Below, one piece after another: positions 39,602 to 53,220 of a stretch of 64,000 bases of DNA. Source of the DNA: Basidiobolus meristosporus CBS 931.73 (taxonomy: Eukaryota > Fungi > Basidiobolomycota); contig MCFE01000170.1 of the NCBI GenBank assembly GCA_002104905.1, positions 79,868-143,867 on the forward strand, read 5' to 3'. Position 1 is the stretch's first letter. Each line of letters begins with the position of its first letter. Made by a program: the position numbers and the translations under genes. The notes under the pieces are model-generated. The model ran no database searches and was not told the DNA's origin. It was given only the letters and a program-made list of their open reading frames with translations.

Positions 39602-40849
39602 TTAGCTCAAGTGGTATAAGACGAGGGCCACTAAAACAAGTAAATAAAATGAGCCATTGACAATTGCGGACACAGGCTTATTGTGCGACAAAAGTTTAAG
39701 TTGAACGAACCAGTTGTTGTCATTCTGGATGGCATTGGTCTTGTTGGAAAGAATCTCCTCCAAGTATTGCTCTGACTGGATGACCTTCTTGAAGCGACCC
39801 GACTCTATGCTCCAGTCCAAGTTGCCTCTGCACCATGCCTCGAAGGTCACGATGTACCTGCCAAGGGCATGGTATACCTCAGGAGAGTAGTTGTGGGAAA
39901 CCAACTTCTCGAACTCCGCCTTGGTGGCAAAGAAGTTGTCCATCTCCTGGTTCACCATCTGCCGCACCTGCTCGACCGACTCGTCGAAGGTGATGTCCCT
40001 GGCCTGCTTGAGAACCATGACCAGATTGTGGATGTCTCCCTTCTCGTACTCCTTCTCGAACGAGTATATGTCGTTCACCCAGCACACGACGTTGATGCAC
40101 TGGTCCTTCAGGGTGTTGAACTGGGGGCTGGACAGGATCTCTTCGGGGAGATAGACCCCTTCCACGTATCCGATCACCTCCAGACACAGTCTCATACTGC
40201 CAGAGTCCTGGCGGTTCTTGATGTAGGTCTCGACATCGGGGTATCTAGTGACCTGGCGCATCTCGCACTCGAAAATGTAGGCGTTCAGGTAGTTCACAAA
40301 GTTGGCGGTCACCTTTTCCTGGACCTCTATGCTGGTAGCTCGACTCAGCTCCGCCCAAAGCTCGGCCAAGGAGCAGTAAATGGGGGAGTGTTGAATTTGT
40401 TTAATCTCCGCGTTGCAAATCGCAGATAAACTCATCTCCTCCGAATATTCCTCCGGGCGGTCGTCCTTCAGAAGGGCCATGACATTTTGGGTGAATTCAG
40501 CGGTATACTTTTTGGTGACTTTGGTGTTGAATATACTAAGCAAAGCTATAAATATTATATACATCTGGGTCTTATCTTGACCGAGTTTACTGTCGTCGAA
40601 CTGATCGTCAAACATAAACAGCCAAGCGTAAAGCTTGGCAACCCACAACAAACGATCGTACTTGGCGGTCGGGTGCACCCGACATGCCAGATTTGTTAAT
40701 TTTGACTGGACGAGGCGTTCCACAGCATCCTTCCCCTGCACTAGCTGTTTCTGTGTCAACCAAAGAAGTGTATCGCTCTCAATTTTCTTGTAATCATGAC
40801 ACAATGAGGTGGGAGGGAGAAAATCGAAAGGTGGGAGGGTTATCTTCAT
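39602..40849 (-). CDS. Class I terpene synthase, intronless, with C-terminal hydrophobic tail (upstream in-frame ATG at 40969 possible)
   Basis: DDQFD (DDxxD), RQDSG effector R, VNDIYSFEKE (NSE/DTE), WSIESGRF (WxxxxxRY-like); tail FYLLVLVALVLYHLS. Confidence 0.95.
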   Translation of the reverse strand: MKITLPPFDFLPPTSLCHDYKKIESDTLLWLTQKQLVQGKDAVERLVQSKLTNLACRVHPTAKYDRLLWVAKLYAWLFMFDDQFDDSKLGQDKTQMYIIFIALLSIFNTKVTKKYTAEFTQNVMALLKDDRPEEYSEEMSLSAICNAEIKQIQHSPIYCSLAELWAELSRATSIEVQEKVTANFVNYLNAYIFECEMRQVTRYPDVETYIKNRQDSGSMRLCLEVIGYVEGVYLPEEILSSPQFNTLKDQCINVVCWVNDIYSFEKEYEKGDIHNLVMVLKQARDITFDESVEQVRQMVNQEMDNFFATKAEFEKLVSHNYSPEVYHALGRYIVTFEAWCRGNLDWSIESGRFKKVIQSEQYLEEILSNKTNAIQNDNNWFVQLKLLSHNKPVSAIVNGSFYLLVLVALVLYHLS

Positions 40850-43001
40850 TAGGGATAGATTTTTAAGCAAGAGGCATTCCTTGACCACCCAACGTTTATA
40901 TAGCCATCTGGGTGCCCAGATATCTTTATTCCGTTCAAAAGCATCACGAAACAAATTAGTCCATTGCAAAAAATCAGTCCCGATTCAACCTCATCAGAAG
41001 CCATCTAATTCAAGGAAATGCTGCAATGTCAACCGACCATATCGAATAGAAGCGCTTGATTAGAGAGATGGCATTCGCTTGTGGTGGCATTCCAATGTCT
41101 GGTCAACACCAAATGGCAATGAAAACCTCACGGCCAGCAAATGGCCAGTATCTGCCCATCTGCCAAATGGAATCGAGTTCCGGAGCCAGATTTGTCTGTT
41201 CTATTTGGAACCCACTTGCCAAAACCATCGAAGTCTAGCACTCTCCATCGCCATGATATTCTATCCAACAACAGGCGGCGCCTGGACAGCGAATTGAATC
41301 GCCGCACAAATCGAACAATCCTCAAACCACGCATTGCATCAGGCATGTGGAGTTAAATCCAACGTTGAGGTCAGAAAAGCTCTAGAAGGCCATCATACGT
41401 GTAAACAATTACCACGCCTGTCCGAGTCCCTAGTAGCATTACCTGATTGGAAGGTGGGGTGCCGGTAAACATCTGGAAAAGATCTGAATCTGATTGAGGC
41501 ATGTCCAGCATTATTATGGCAATGGCGAGAAAATCCAGTGGCACGGTGTGCTGGCGAAGCGCGCTGGGTCTAATGCGTAGGTTTAGGATTAAAGCAAGCG
41601 CTGTGCTTCTTTTGGACACGCGGCAGCCAGGCGATTGGCTACCATCCTTCAGGGTATTGCGATTGTTTTATATCTATTCCATAGTTGGCGACCATGGAAC
41701 AATGGGAAGAGCAGTTTAGGCGTATCACCCTGAAGAGCAACCCGTGGATTTTCCTGGATTTGCTCCAAGATGCCGTTGCTATCGCTTCTAGATTGTTGGC
41801 AAAGCCGTGATGCCCAGATCTGACTGGAAAGAAAGCCGAGTGTTGCCATGGAATTAAAGATTAGGGTGCAACCATTCCCGCCTCACGCAACAATGGGCAT
41901 GACGGGCGGTAATTTAAGTAATGGCTCACGGAACAGGGAAATGCTTCAAAGCCTCAACCAGCCTTAATAATTCGACTTTCCAAATGCGATGCTGATGCCG
42001 GAAGCATGAGTCTCTTTTCAACGGGCTTATAACGAAGGCTTGAACTATGCCCCTGTTTTGTTAAGGTTATGTCCCTTTTGCCACCAGTGGCATTCCCTAA
42101 TCTGATGACACTGTGATGTTGTACACTTCACATGTGCATGATTTGCATGCGGCTAAACTCTATGCCTGAAATCGAAATAATCCAGATTCTTACCTGATGA
42201 AATCTGGCGAAATTGAAATCGAGAGTTCGAAATCTCAACATCTGTACCAAGGATGCGGGTAATATTCGACCTGGACGGTGGCCTGGTAATGTACCAAAGC
42301 CATCCTCGAGCGTTGGTAATAACTCACGTCTGAACCCACACCTGGTATGCTGCAACAGTCTCTGAGCGGGAGTTTGCTGTTGCGTCACAAGAGATATGCG
42401 TCCTACGTGGCATGTGGGTTGATTACCAGGGTCGTGTAGCATGTAGATCGTCACGAACAGCGCCTATACTACTTTGGTTAGCTTGGTGTATTGAGCTCGG
42501 CCAATTCGGCCCCAACCCTCAAAAACCGATCTAGTCCGATCCGGCGGGCCTGGTGCACCCACGGACCGGCGAATTTGACTAATCCGTTGATGAATAATAC
42601 GAGCTCAAAATGATGTGCCAGTAGCGAAGCCCCGTAATAGCCCGCCCTATTAGCAGTCCGAGCATGATTGAAAGTCGTTGAGATACGAGACTAATTGGTT
42701 TGATAGGGATTTCGAATTTGCGTGATCCATGTTTAAAGGGAATTTCCGGGTTTGAGGTCTTTACTTAGCAACATATAGCAAGTCCCTGGCTTAAGCCACT
42801 GCTCTATACTCATGATTATACTATCAAACTCTTCAAATCGACAGTATGCAGCAAACCAAGCTGTACTCAAATTATGTTTTGATCATATAAAGATTGAGCG
42901 ATACTGCTGAAAACCAGATTGAATCCATTTGTAGTAAGCTTTTGAAGCAGCAGGGTTAAAGAGCCCTCGGTGATTTTAAATACTTCTTGACCTTCCACAC
43001 G

Positions 43002-44171
43002 ATGTTTCGTGCAAGCCCCTGCCTTAATATTGCTTCCAGAGCCTTGGGCCCGCTCCCCACCCGTGCCTTGAGTACCAGCGTGCCAATTCTTCGGAGCCAT
43101 ACCTTCCAACTTAGAGATGAAGACTTTGTTACCTATAACTGCGACGCACCCTCTCCTGAGATCTCTTTCTCTAAGGATGAGTTGCTGGGAATGTATCGCC
43201 AAATGAATGTTATGCGTCGATTGGAAATGGCCGCAGATGCCCTCTACAAGGCAAAGCTCATTCGCGGTTTCTGTCATTTATGTATTGGCCAGGAGGCCAT
43301 CGCAGTTGGCATGGAAAACGCCATCACTCGTAAGGATCACATCATTACATCCTACCGCTGCCACGGGTTCACCTGGATCCGTGGTAGCTCCATCAAGAGC
43401 ATCATCGCGGAGCTCATGGGGCGCAAGGACGGTGTTTCTTTTGGCAAGGGTGGCTCCATGCATATGTTTTCTGAGCGCTTCTACGGTGGCAACGGTATTG
43501 TCGGGGCTCAGGTGCCTCTCGGCGCTGGACTAGCCTTTACCTCGAAATACACCGAAGATGAGTCCTGTTCCTTTTCCCTTTACGGCGATGGCGCCGCCAA
43601 TCAAGGACAGGTATTCGAGGCCTTCAACATGGCTAAACTCTGGGACTTGCCCGCCGTATTTGTTTGCGAGAACAACCTGTATGGCATGGGAACTTCTGCC
43701 AAGAGATCCAGCTCCAACACCGAATACTTCAAGCGAGGCGACTATATTCCGGGCATCAAGGTGAACGGAATGGACGTGCTAGCGGTTTATCAAGCTTGCA
43801 AGTATGCCCGGGACTGGACCATCTCTGGAAAGGGGCCGCTCGTTCTTGAGATGCACACCTATCGCTACGGAGGCCACTCGATGTCTGATCCTGGCACCAC
43901 CTACCGTACTCGTGAAGAGATCCAACATATGCGCAGCACCAGAGACCCAATCACTGGCTTGAGAGCCAGACTGGTCGAAAACGGCATCGCCACTGAAGAG
44001 GAGCTTAAAGCCATCGAGAAGGAGGCCCGTAAGGAGGTAGACGTAGAGGTTGCCGCTGCCAAAGCCTCCCCTGAACCACCAGTCGAGGATCTCTGGACCA
44101 ACATCTATGCCGAAGGATCAGAACCCAAATTCCTCCGTGGTCGGGAGAGCCAAGAAGTTCATCGTTACTAG
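43002..44171 (+). CDS. PDA1: Pyruvate dehydrogenase E1 alpha subunit, mitochondrial
   Basis: IRGFCHLCIGQEA; YGDGAANQGQVFEAFNMAKLWDLP (TPP motif); TYRYGGHSMSDPGTTYR. Confidence 0.98.
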   Translation: MFRASPCLNIASRALGPLPTRALSTSVPILRSHTFQLRDEDFVTYNCDAPSPEISFSKDELLGMYRQMNVMRRLEMAADALYKAKLIRGFCHLCIGQEAIAVGMENAITRKDHIITSYRCHGFTWIRGSSIKSIIAELMGRKDGVSFGKGGSMHMFSERFYGGNGIVGAQVPLGAGLAFTSKYTEDESCSFSLYGDGAANQGQVFEAFNMAKLWDLPAVFVCENNLYGMGTSAKRSSSNTEYFKRGDYIPGIKVNGMDVLAVYQACKYARDWTISGKGPLVLEMHTYRYGGHSMSDPGTTYRTREEIQHMRSTRDPITGLRARLVENGIATEEELKAIEKEARKEVDVEVAAAKASPEPPVEDLWTNIYAEGSEPKFLRGRESQEVHRY

Positions 44172-47100
44172 GACGAGAACTCGGTCGTCGAGAGATTTCG
44201 GCTTTTTGGCCACCCACGAAATTCGCACCACTCCCTTTGTTCATGTAAAATTCGGCAACCATCAACCAGCCTATTCTGGCGTCAAATGTCAATACCCACC
44301 ACCAGCCATTGGATCACGGACAAACTATTTAATAAACAAGTTGAATACCACTTTCTCGATTGCCTGAATTGTAAATGGCATATCGATTTGTCGACTCACA
44401 GGACGCAGATTTGAAGCCACCGCGATAGGGCTATTTTCAGATATCTCCTAATTTCCTCGGCACCGATGATCCATTTCGGAAATTTCTACTTTGGTAGGGG
44501 CTTTTAGGGTAATACACAACGCGTTCTTTGCGTGGAATTCCAAGGAAACGATTGGAGACCGCTGCAGCGTGGCCCACTTATTAAGTTAATAACATACATA
44601 CCCTATGGGTATATTTCAGTACCTAATAGATTGGGAATCACCCCAGACACAGAAGTGGCGTGGGTCAGGATTGCGAAAGAGGTTCTAGATCGCAGTTTAA
44701 CTTCAGCGCTCGCAATAGCCGTAGCCATGATGCTGATCACAGCCACTGAAAGTTATTTTTAAGAAACATCTCTCCCAAAGGGTGCAGGGTGCTACAAGAT
44801 GAATGAGGGCTTGGTTGATCGGCTCGAAGATGATTGCCAGGCGATTGGACGGGACAGGAACAAGGACCGATTACTACAGATAAGGCAACAGGGATTCATG
44901 TGATGTCAAACATGACATTTCAACAAACTCGGCAGCCACAAAATGAGCCACCAGGAGCATCCCTTGTGTTGACATTGGCGGTGCTTCCACCATGAGCCCA
45001 CGGAATGCGATCGATGGAATGTTGTGATGTCCGATTCGCAGTCATACCTGGCCAAATCATCGCCTTATTAGATCTAGGACTATGTACCAGAATCTTGGAT
45101 TAACTTTCGAATGATGCGAATAAACAGTGCATACTCAGTTTAGGGAAGTAAACCTTCGCATGTTCCAGGTCAGATGGATGAATCTCAATTCATCAGATAC
45201 CGATCTGTTGAGATAAACATATTGCAGATTTACAAGGCAAGAACGAGATAGGTGGCTCATTGTAAGCGGTGTGGTGTATTACAAATCACTGCATCGAGGA
45301 ATCGATGGATTTTTTTTCACTCAAATATGGCAACATGGTACTGCTAACTGCCAATGTACGTAGTTGGTAGATTTCGTAGATTACGATCGGATTTTTCCCA
45401 CCTGAATCATCCTTAAGGAATGGCTTGAGGCGTTGGGGCTTATGTTCCGGAAAGTGACTAACCGAAGCCAGAAGCCGGGTGAATCTTGGTCGAGGAGCAG
45501 GCAGTGTAAATCACGCCTATCATTGCTAAATCGTTAGATCGGTTTGTGAAGAGTCCGGTGATGGAGGACACATCAAGTTGACTCGATCTGCTAACACACG
45601 AGCGAACATGTCTGGTACGAGGTTGCAGTGAGTTATTATACCCATTCCATTTGTAATTCGCCACTCCCATGGTGCTAATCAAGAATACTCTTTGGTGCAT
45701 CCTCCTTAAACTCCATAATTAAGCATGATTTATTGATGAATATCCTAAAATCTATGCTATAAAGCATTAGCCACATAATATAGCTTTGAATTGATGTGCT
45801 GTCAACTTATAATGAAAACCTCATAAAGTGAATTCGTTCTCGAAAACCCAGTTGATCCATACAATCCTGCTTTTGTATGTGGTGTAGCGATGAATGTAGA
45901 CTTGGATGCGCATTTATCTTTTATTTTCTTCGCCGGGTTTCAATAAGCTGGGGATAAGCTTTTCCTGGGTATCTTTGCTAGCACCCTAGCAAGTGTTATG
46001 AACGAATCTGAAAAGTAGAATAATCAACCAAAACCCAGCTCTGGTACTACTGTGAACTCTTGGATATGGGGTTTTGGAATGTTCAAGAAATATAGTATTC
46101 CGGCATGTAAATGGACTGCTAGTGGCGCCAAATAGATACATAGATACACTTGCTATCTCAAACTTTGCAAGCAAAACATGCACTCTAGGCTCTTGATGTA
46201 TTTCTGCATGATAAACAAAAAGCAGGGAATACATCAGGGCTACTTAAGCGGTCTCCCATTTCATGTGTATCATATACCTATTGGACAACATGACTCTGAA
46301 ACATACATGAAAGGCTTTTCGCCATCACAGACAGCTTGTGCCATAAACCAAAATCCCTTGTTGGTTTAAAGGCGCCCAATGACTATGCTGTTGTTCTACA
46401 GATGATTCCTATATCATGCAATGTGAGAGTGTATATCATTACTCAGAGCTTTTGGTCCCAGCTCAAGTATGTGGATATATATGTAGTAATAAATACTTAT
46501 AAACAACATACATAGTGACGTGGTAACCTAATTACTCAGCACTTTGCTAGTGATAATATGATTATTTATTTACTTTTACAAACTCACTCATTGTATGAAA
46601 TAGTGAGTATAAATAGTATACTGAGTTGTCAAAATTTTCAAAATCATCCAATAGACCCCAAACATTGCACGCCACTTTCTGGGGTATTTCTCAAATCATC
46701 GTCACTGTTATTTGTACACACATCTCACAACAGTAAACCACTATATTTCAGCTCAATAGATCAATGGTTGAAATACCACATTTTCTTCTAAATATTCAAA
46801 TCACTCCCAAGTGCCCACCCTGTCTTTCCATAAAAAGTGCCTACTCGTCTGGAAACTTCAGAGTCATTGTGTCCGCTTGTTTTGAAAGAAAGCCGCCGTC
46901 AAAAAGGTGGGCTATGGAATACCAATGCTCTAGCAAGTTAAATATGGAGCCGAGATGTGAAAATCAATAGGAAAAGTAGCTTTTACTTGATGCCTGGGAT
47001 CGAAGTACAGCATATATACTTTCAGTAAGGCTTGATATCCTTTATGATAACAATGCATTGGAAAAGACTTTGGGAGAACGTATGCAAAGCTTGGGGTCAC

Positions 47101-50100
47101 CCGTGCCAACTTCCAAGACTTCCATAATTTGAAGAATCAGTCAATATCTTAAGAGCTAAATCCCAAGCCAATATTCAAGATTCATATATTTTCAAAATAT
47201 CTGTTTGAAGAATAACTCAGATACTAGACTAGCTAATTGCAACAAGTGTCACTCTAGGTTTCATGTGAGAATCAGGTATTGTAGTCATTTTGGGGCTTTG
47301 AAAAACAACTAGCCAATTGTGCCTGGGAGGCTTGTAGAATGATGCGGGGTGTTGTTGGGTTGTCAGACAACTTTAAAAAGATTCCATATTCCCAAGTTTC
47401 GAGCAAATGAAGTAGATACCTTTGAGATGAATCAATCTTACAAGGTATGGGCCAAGTTTAGGATCATTTGTAATCAGGTGTAAAACCAATTATATTGCAA
47501 CATGCTAGATGCTCCAATTCTTTTCCATTTGGAGTGCTCTTCATATTTATCTTTGCTCCCATCAACGCCTGAGCCGGATTGACTTGTGTGGAGTGACTCT
47601 GAGAAGCAAATCCAGTAGATTGGTGAATTTAGAATGGACCGCAATTAGTACGGAAATGACCCAACAGTGTCCGTCAAATTTGAAAAGATAAACTTTAGGA
47701 TGCATCAATATGCAGGTACACACACAACAGACCAACTTTACAATGTTTGTTATTGTGGAGCGAGGGTTCTGTTGGTTGGTGAAACCTTGACATCGGGCAT
47801 TCTATACAACAGGCGATATTGCGATTCCCCTGATTGGCTTTGTAGCAATAGAATCCAAACACTATTTGGTGGAATCCTTGACTTTGAGCCTGGTTGTTAT
47901 GAAGGGGATGGATCAATATACTGCGCCAAGGGGATCTTTCTGGCCAATAGGCGTTTCAGTAATATATCTATGGGTGCTAGCCGAAAGTCTACCCCTCCCC
48001 TGCATATGGAGTAAAGGTAATATTGATAATGTGAGGATCACACATAATCGGTTTTGGGCCCAATCACCCGTGAAGTTAATACTCCACTCCTAGTTGACAT
48101 ACCGGTCAAACATAGTTCATCCCTTTACAACATTCAAAATCAATCCCCACGAAGATCCCTCGTTTTAGAGGTTACGGGGGTTTTAGGGCTCCTGAAAGAT
48201 TGATGCTTCTCAAAATTGTCCATCCACCAGAAGCGAAGTGATCGTCCTCACGTGGTTCAGAGGATAACTCCAACCTGTGATGAATTATATGAGTAAATGT
48301 GATGCCACATTCAATATTGTATCGATTGGGTGCAGATGGTTATGGTTGTGACCAGAAAGATGGGGGGCTGGAGTCGGAGCCAGGAATCGTCAAGAGGTAT
48401 GCACCCCACTTTGAATTCAAATCCCGACAGTGAAACCATGGGATTCCCATTCAGAAGCTAAACCAATTGCAACTAGAGCTCATTCATCAGCCTAGCCGTA
48501 CTTCTCTGAGCGCCTATTTGGTGAGGGCAGATATCGCCTCACCTTCAATTTCCACATGGATCGAGTCCGACGTTACCTGGAATCCTGTGGTTTGCGGCTA
48601 TATAAATTACCAGGCTAAGGTTCACAGGAGACTGTATCCCAGGTTTGGGCTCGGCTGAATTCCACTCGGAGTTTTCGCAAGGAATCATCGTTAGACAAAC
48701 TCGGCTAGTTCAACGTCGTATCGATCGAGTATTTTCTGTGAGTTTGGAAAGGTATCGTGTTGCTTGTTGAGGTAAAAATAGGCTAACTTCACACAGTTAA
48801 CAGTCGGATGCCAAGGGAATTGGCCAACCTTCTTTCAACAACGCTCCCAGAGCCTATGCTTACTTCTTTGCCGGAGTAGGTCGACACGATCCCCAAGTGC
48901 TCCTTGTTTTGAGTACCTTGGTATAATCACATACGCAAACCTCAGAATCAGTGTATTGCGAAGCAGTTTTGTGGCTGAAAGGGCATATATGCAGCTACAT
49001 TTTATTTCCGACAAACACTAGACCACCAACAAGCCTCAGATAGCACCTTTGCCCTCCCTATTTGCACTAAATGAGGACCTTGCGGGAGCGCGCGGAATTG
49101 AATGCAGTCTGTAGAAACACTGGATTTTCGGGCTCTTGAATAGCAATGCCATTCAATGGCTTGAGGGTGTGATCTGAATCATCAGCATCATTTGGAAATA
49201 TTGGCGGTGGAACTTCCCCAACCAGCCTCTCCTGAAACTAGCGAATACGATTTAATCCTAATTACAGCAATCAATGGGGAGGATTCATCATCTGTACGGC
49301 TATCCATGGCCTACACAAGTTGAGTTTCTGATTGAGTACTGAAGTGCCCCAACCTCAGCATAGATTGTTCGATCCAAAGCTGAGTCCAGTTTAACCATGG
49401 ATGACTGGACACTTCCACCACAAACCTGCTACCCTCAATCACGCGGCACTGATATGCATTACTATTGCCACTTCAAACATCAACCTTCTTGAATGGTAAA
49501 GCTACAGTATTGAAAAGCCGAAAAGCTAGAGAAACGCCTGCATTCATGCAAGGAGCGGGTCCAACTTTCCTGCCTGTTATTTGCGAAAAATACTACCCCA
49601 CTTCTCATCAATACGACTCATGAAACGAGCATGTATTCCCCCTACCAGGATTGCTTCTGGTCAGAGGGAATAATCTGTGCTTAACCTCGAAGAATAGCCC
49701 AATGCAAGGATTGTCATCGGATGATGATCTGCCATCAGCTTTCTCGCGGGACTTACTACTCAGTCTTCGGTAAAGAGCTGATCTTTGCAAACAGCAGTGC
49801 TTACAGTCTATGGCATATACTGGCAGCAGGTGCAACCCCAAACCAATATTCTTTGAGGTGAGGTGTTGTGCTAAACTTATTGCACCACCATTGTAGCGAA
49901 ACTCGTACTCACAATGGCTACAGATCCACTGGTGGGTTATGCAATTGGAGTGAATAGAAGTCTAATTACTGCTCTGAATTGTCTCTGTAATACTGCCATG
50001 TTTAGGATTGATCGAATGCTTATATGATCACATGGTGTTTTCCCAATCATCTGATACGGTCACCTGGAACTTTCAAGTAGTAATTCCCTTTCTTGTATAT

Positions 50101-50526
50101 TAATGAAGGATATATTTGGCATGTAATATTGAGCTGTATCAATGCACCTGTCTCAATTGGTCAATGATCGTCTCGGCAGGTTGCTTGAAGCTTTACGGCA
50201 TTTCGATCCTAGTAGTTGTGAGATGTTTCAACCATGGTAAGAGTAAGAACATAACGGAGAGTAGTTTCGATTTGCATGAGGCTGTTACTCCGTGGGTTTG
50301 GTCGGTACAATTAATACGCAAGTCTTCAAATAGTTTTATATATATTCAATGACCATGGTTCAAGTGATAACCAAGAAATGTACAACAAGGGAAGTGGTTT
50401 ACACTGAGGTTTCAATAGGCTAATTATCTTTTGTACAAATAAAGGTATGATCGGACGACTGGGCTCCCAGAGTACGCAAGACAGGTTCTATAGACACGCT
50501 CAACCAATCTAGCATCGTTAGGCTCT

Positions 50527-51509
50527 TCAAGTAGCTGCTCGCATCTTTGAACCCTTGTTGGTGTACCATTCTTTGGGGATTATTGCGATTTGACGGCCCA
50601 GTGTGCCGAAGCAGATGCAGGACGAATAAATAAGACACTAAAATGCTCATATTAGATCCCAATGTTGGCTAAAACATGCCTTGGAAAAGACTTACCGGAG
50701 CAGCGGCTCGGAATCCATAAAAATCGGGGTTGGTGAAGCTATGTTTGAACCAATGATTAAAGGTTGTATCGACTAGCACGGAAGAATGGATAGAACGTAC
50801 TGGTATATTCCATAACACACTTGAGCATAAATGAACAAGGTGCCGATGATCGTGGAAATGAGCGCTATTACGAATCCGTGTACTGTGCGGTCAAAGAGAA
50901 ACCAAAGGGCAATGGCGATTAGAGCCAAAATACCAGCAAGCTCGACGGTGTTTGAAAGAGAAAGTTTCTACAGACATTCGTATATATTAGTAAGATAAAT
51001 TGCGCTACAAGGAGCAACCAACACTTACAGAAGCAGCCAGGTTCACACCGAGAAAGCCACCAAGCGAGCTATCAGATCATTTTCGTCAGTAAAGTACTTC
51101 AACAAAGCGAAGATGCATTAGCTGCCACTTACCGAAGGGCATTAGACCAGTCGTCATAGAACATGTGAACACTGCTCGTATAATAAGTGTCTAGCCACGA
51201 ATAGGCAGTCCCCAGAAGTATTGCTAAAAGACCGGAGAGAACCGAGGTTCGGGTAGACACCATGAGCCGCGTTACAGGGTCTGGGTATTGCGTGATGTTG
51301 TGCTGTGCATCGAGTTGGTCATTGATAAGGGCAAAGGAAAAGCCAATGAAAAACAGAATAAAGGCACGTATGGTGTAATATAGGGATGAAGTTGTTGAGG
51401 AATCTTTTAAGTAACAACTGTAAGTGTGGTCTGGAATGGCGACCTTATCCAGTGGGAAGGCCCGATCAAACATTCCGTGAGGATTGCTAACTGTAGATAA
51501 CGGGGACAT
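50527..51509 (-). CDS. INSIG: INSIG-family sterol-regulatory membrane protein (multi-exon)
   Basis: LFFIGFSFALINDQL; GTAYSWLD; WSNALR; LWFLFDRTVHGF. Spliced C-terminus PDFYGFRAAAP-CLIYSSCICFGTLGRQIA. Confidence 0.85.
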
Positions 51510-53220
51510 CCCAAAAAGATGAGTGGTTTAATGAGGATTAGGGCCAAGTCAATCAACAAGACGTCCAGGTAGTTTATAAACAGATGATGAGAACGGAAAC
51601 AGGTTGTAAGCAGGAAAAACCAAGGCGATGTGTGAGTGTTGCGGAAACGTACAAGTATGGCTTACAATGAGATAAGCAAAGGATGCAACCAAGAATCAAT
51701 AAAATAGGGAGCGCCTACAGGAAGCCAGGTATGGAGATTTTTGGGAATATCTGGTGATGTGCAGAACTTTTATATGGCGACGGGAAAGATATGTAGAGTT
51801 TGATCCTGATCTTGTTGCCACATCACCTTCAATAAATTAGAGTGATGATTAAATAATAGCATCATCCAATAAATTGCAACCCCGATCATCAAACAGCTTC
51901 GAGAAATCCTTTGCTACAGAGACAATCTGCAAGTTGCGATAAATCCCTGTTTTATTCTTATTTCGAGGGTTTCCTAGGCACAATGATCCGTGAGATAGAA
52001 ATAATGATGGACATGAACTCGTGAATCCAGCAAAGAATCTCAATGTATACTTCGGCGATGCACTATTCGAGGCTCGAGCATACATTTTCCTCCTACCACA
52101 CTGCTTGATGACCGACATCAAACTCAGGCAGAAGCGTACAAAGCAGTAGTCAGGGATACATCATCCAGCCTCTGGATTCTTTGTCCGCAACCTAACACCA
52201 TGGCGGTAAGCACACGACTCCTGTGAGTAGGGACCTGGCAATGGCAGTTGGCTGACACATACCGAAGTGTGCCTTAGAGCAGAATTCCACCATTTTCCAG
52301 GAGAATCCTATGATTGTGCATGGGGATTTCCTAGCATCTTGTCACATGAAAGTGTGACCGATGCTGGTCCTGTGATATTCTTTGCGTACAGTTTCCATTG
52401 CAGAACTAATACTGCGCTACCTCAATTGATCATGAAATCTGCACCAACATCTGTGAGATAATTCCGGATTATCAGAGCCCTCATCCCTGCTGTCCTCATG
52501 CCTTCTACATTTGGATACACCCATATTCTGAGACATGCAGTGTTGTGAACTCTGCTCTATGCTCCAGTTTGAGGTACCGATGCTTAGAAAGTACCTATCT
52601 TGGGTGCTTGCCAGACGCTAACCAGATATGACAGGCAGTGCTACACCTTCTGTTGTCCCTATATCGCATCGGGTGTGAGAGCTCTTTCACGTATCTTCTC
52701 ATCACTGCTGACCAGACTGGTGTGCTGCAACCCTTAATCTCTGCTCACAGAAACATTGATGTTGTGGAGGAGTGGTGTTCCAGTAGGTGAGTGGCAATAT
52801 ATTTATTAATTTCCCTAATTTAGAGGCAACACACAAGGATCAAGGCACCTTACGAATTCATGATGCACCCAATATTCAGCCAATCACCCTCCCTCATTCG
52901 AACCTTAATTGGTCTTTCAATCCCCAGATGGATGTTTCATATGGAATTGTTTTACTGGATGTCTCAAATCTCAATATTTTAGAAATACTCTATTTATTAA
53001 GGCTTGCTGGCAGTACTGGGGAGGGAGTTGAAGTTGTGTCCCTCGAAATGCGATGTTGTCATCACATGATGGGGTCTCGCTTCAAGATCTATTTGGCGGA
53101 AGCTCTTTGATATCGGGTCCACATCATTATTTCGAATTTATAAAACTATGTTACAAGATGGATTGTGAGGTGGGCTAGCCAAGTTTACAATTTCAGACAT
53201 TGTATCCAGTCCGCCACTTT

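Noticed and set aside
39869-40429. 186-aa + strand ORF
   Set aside because: Antisense shadow of the high-GC3 terpene synthase.
46060-46140. LFGATSSPF motif resembling BEL/Pao RT
   Set aside because: No downstream YVDD or other RT motifs; a single short match is compatible with chance.
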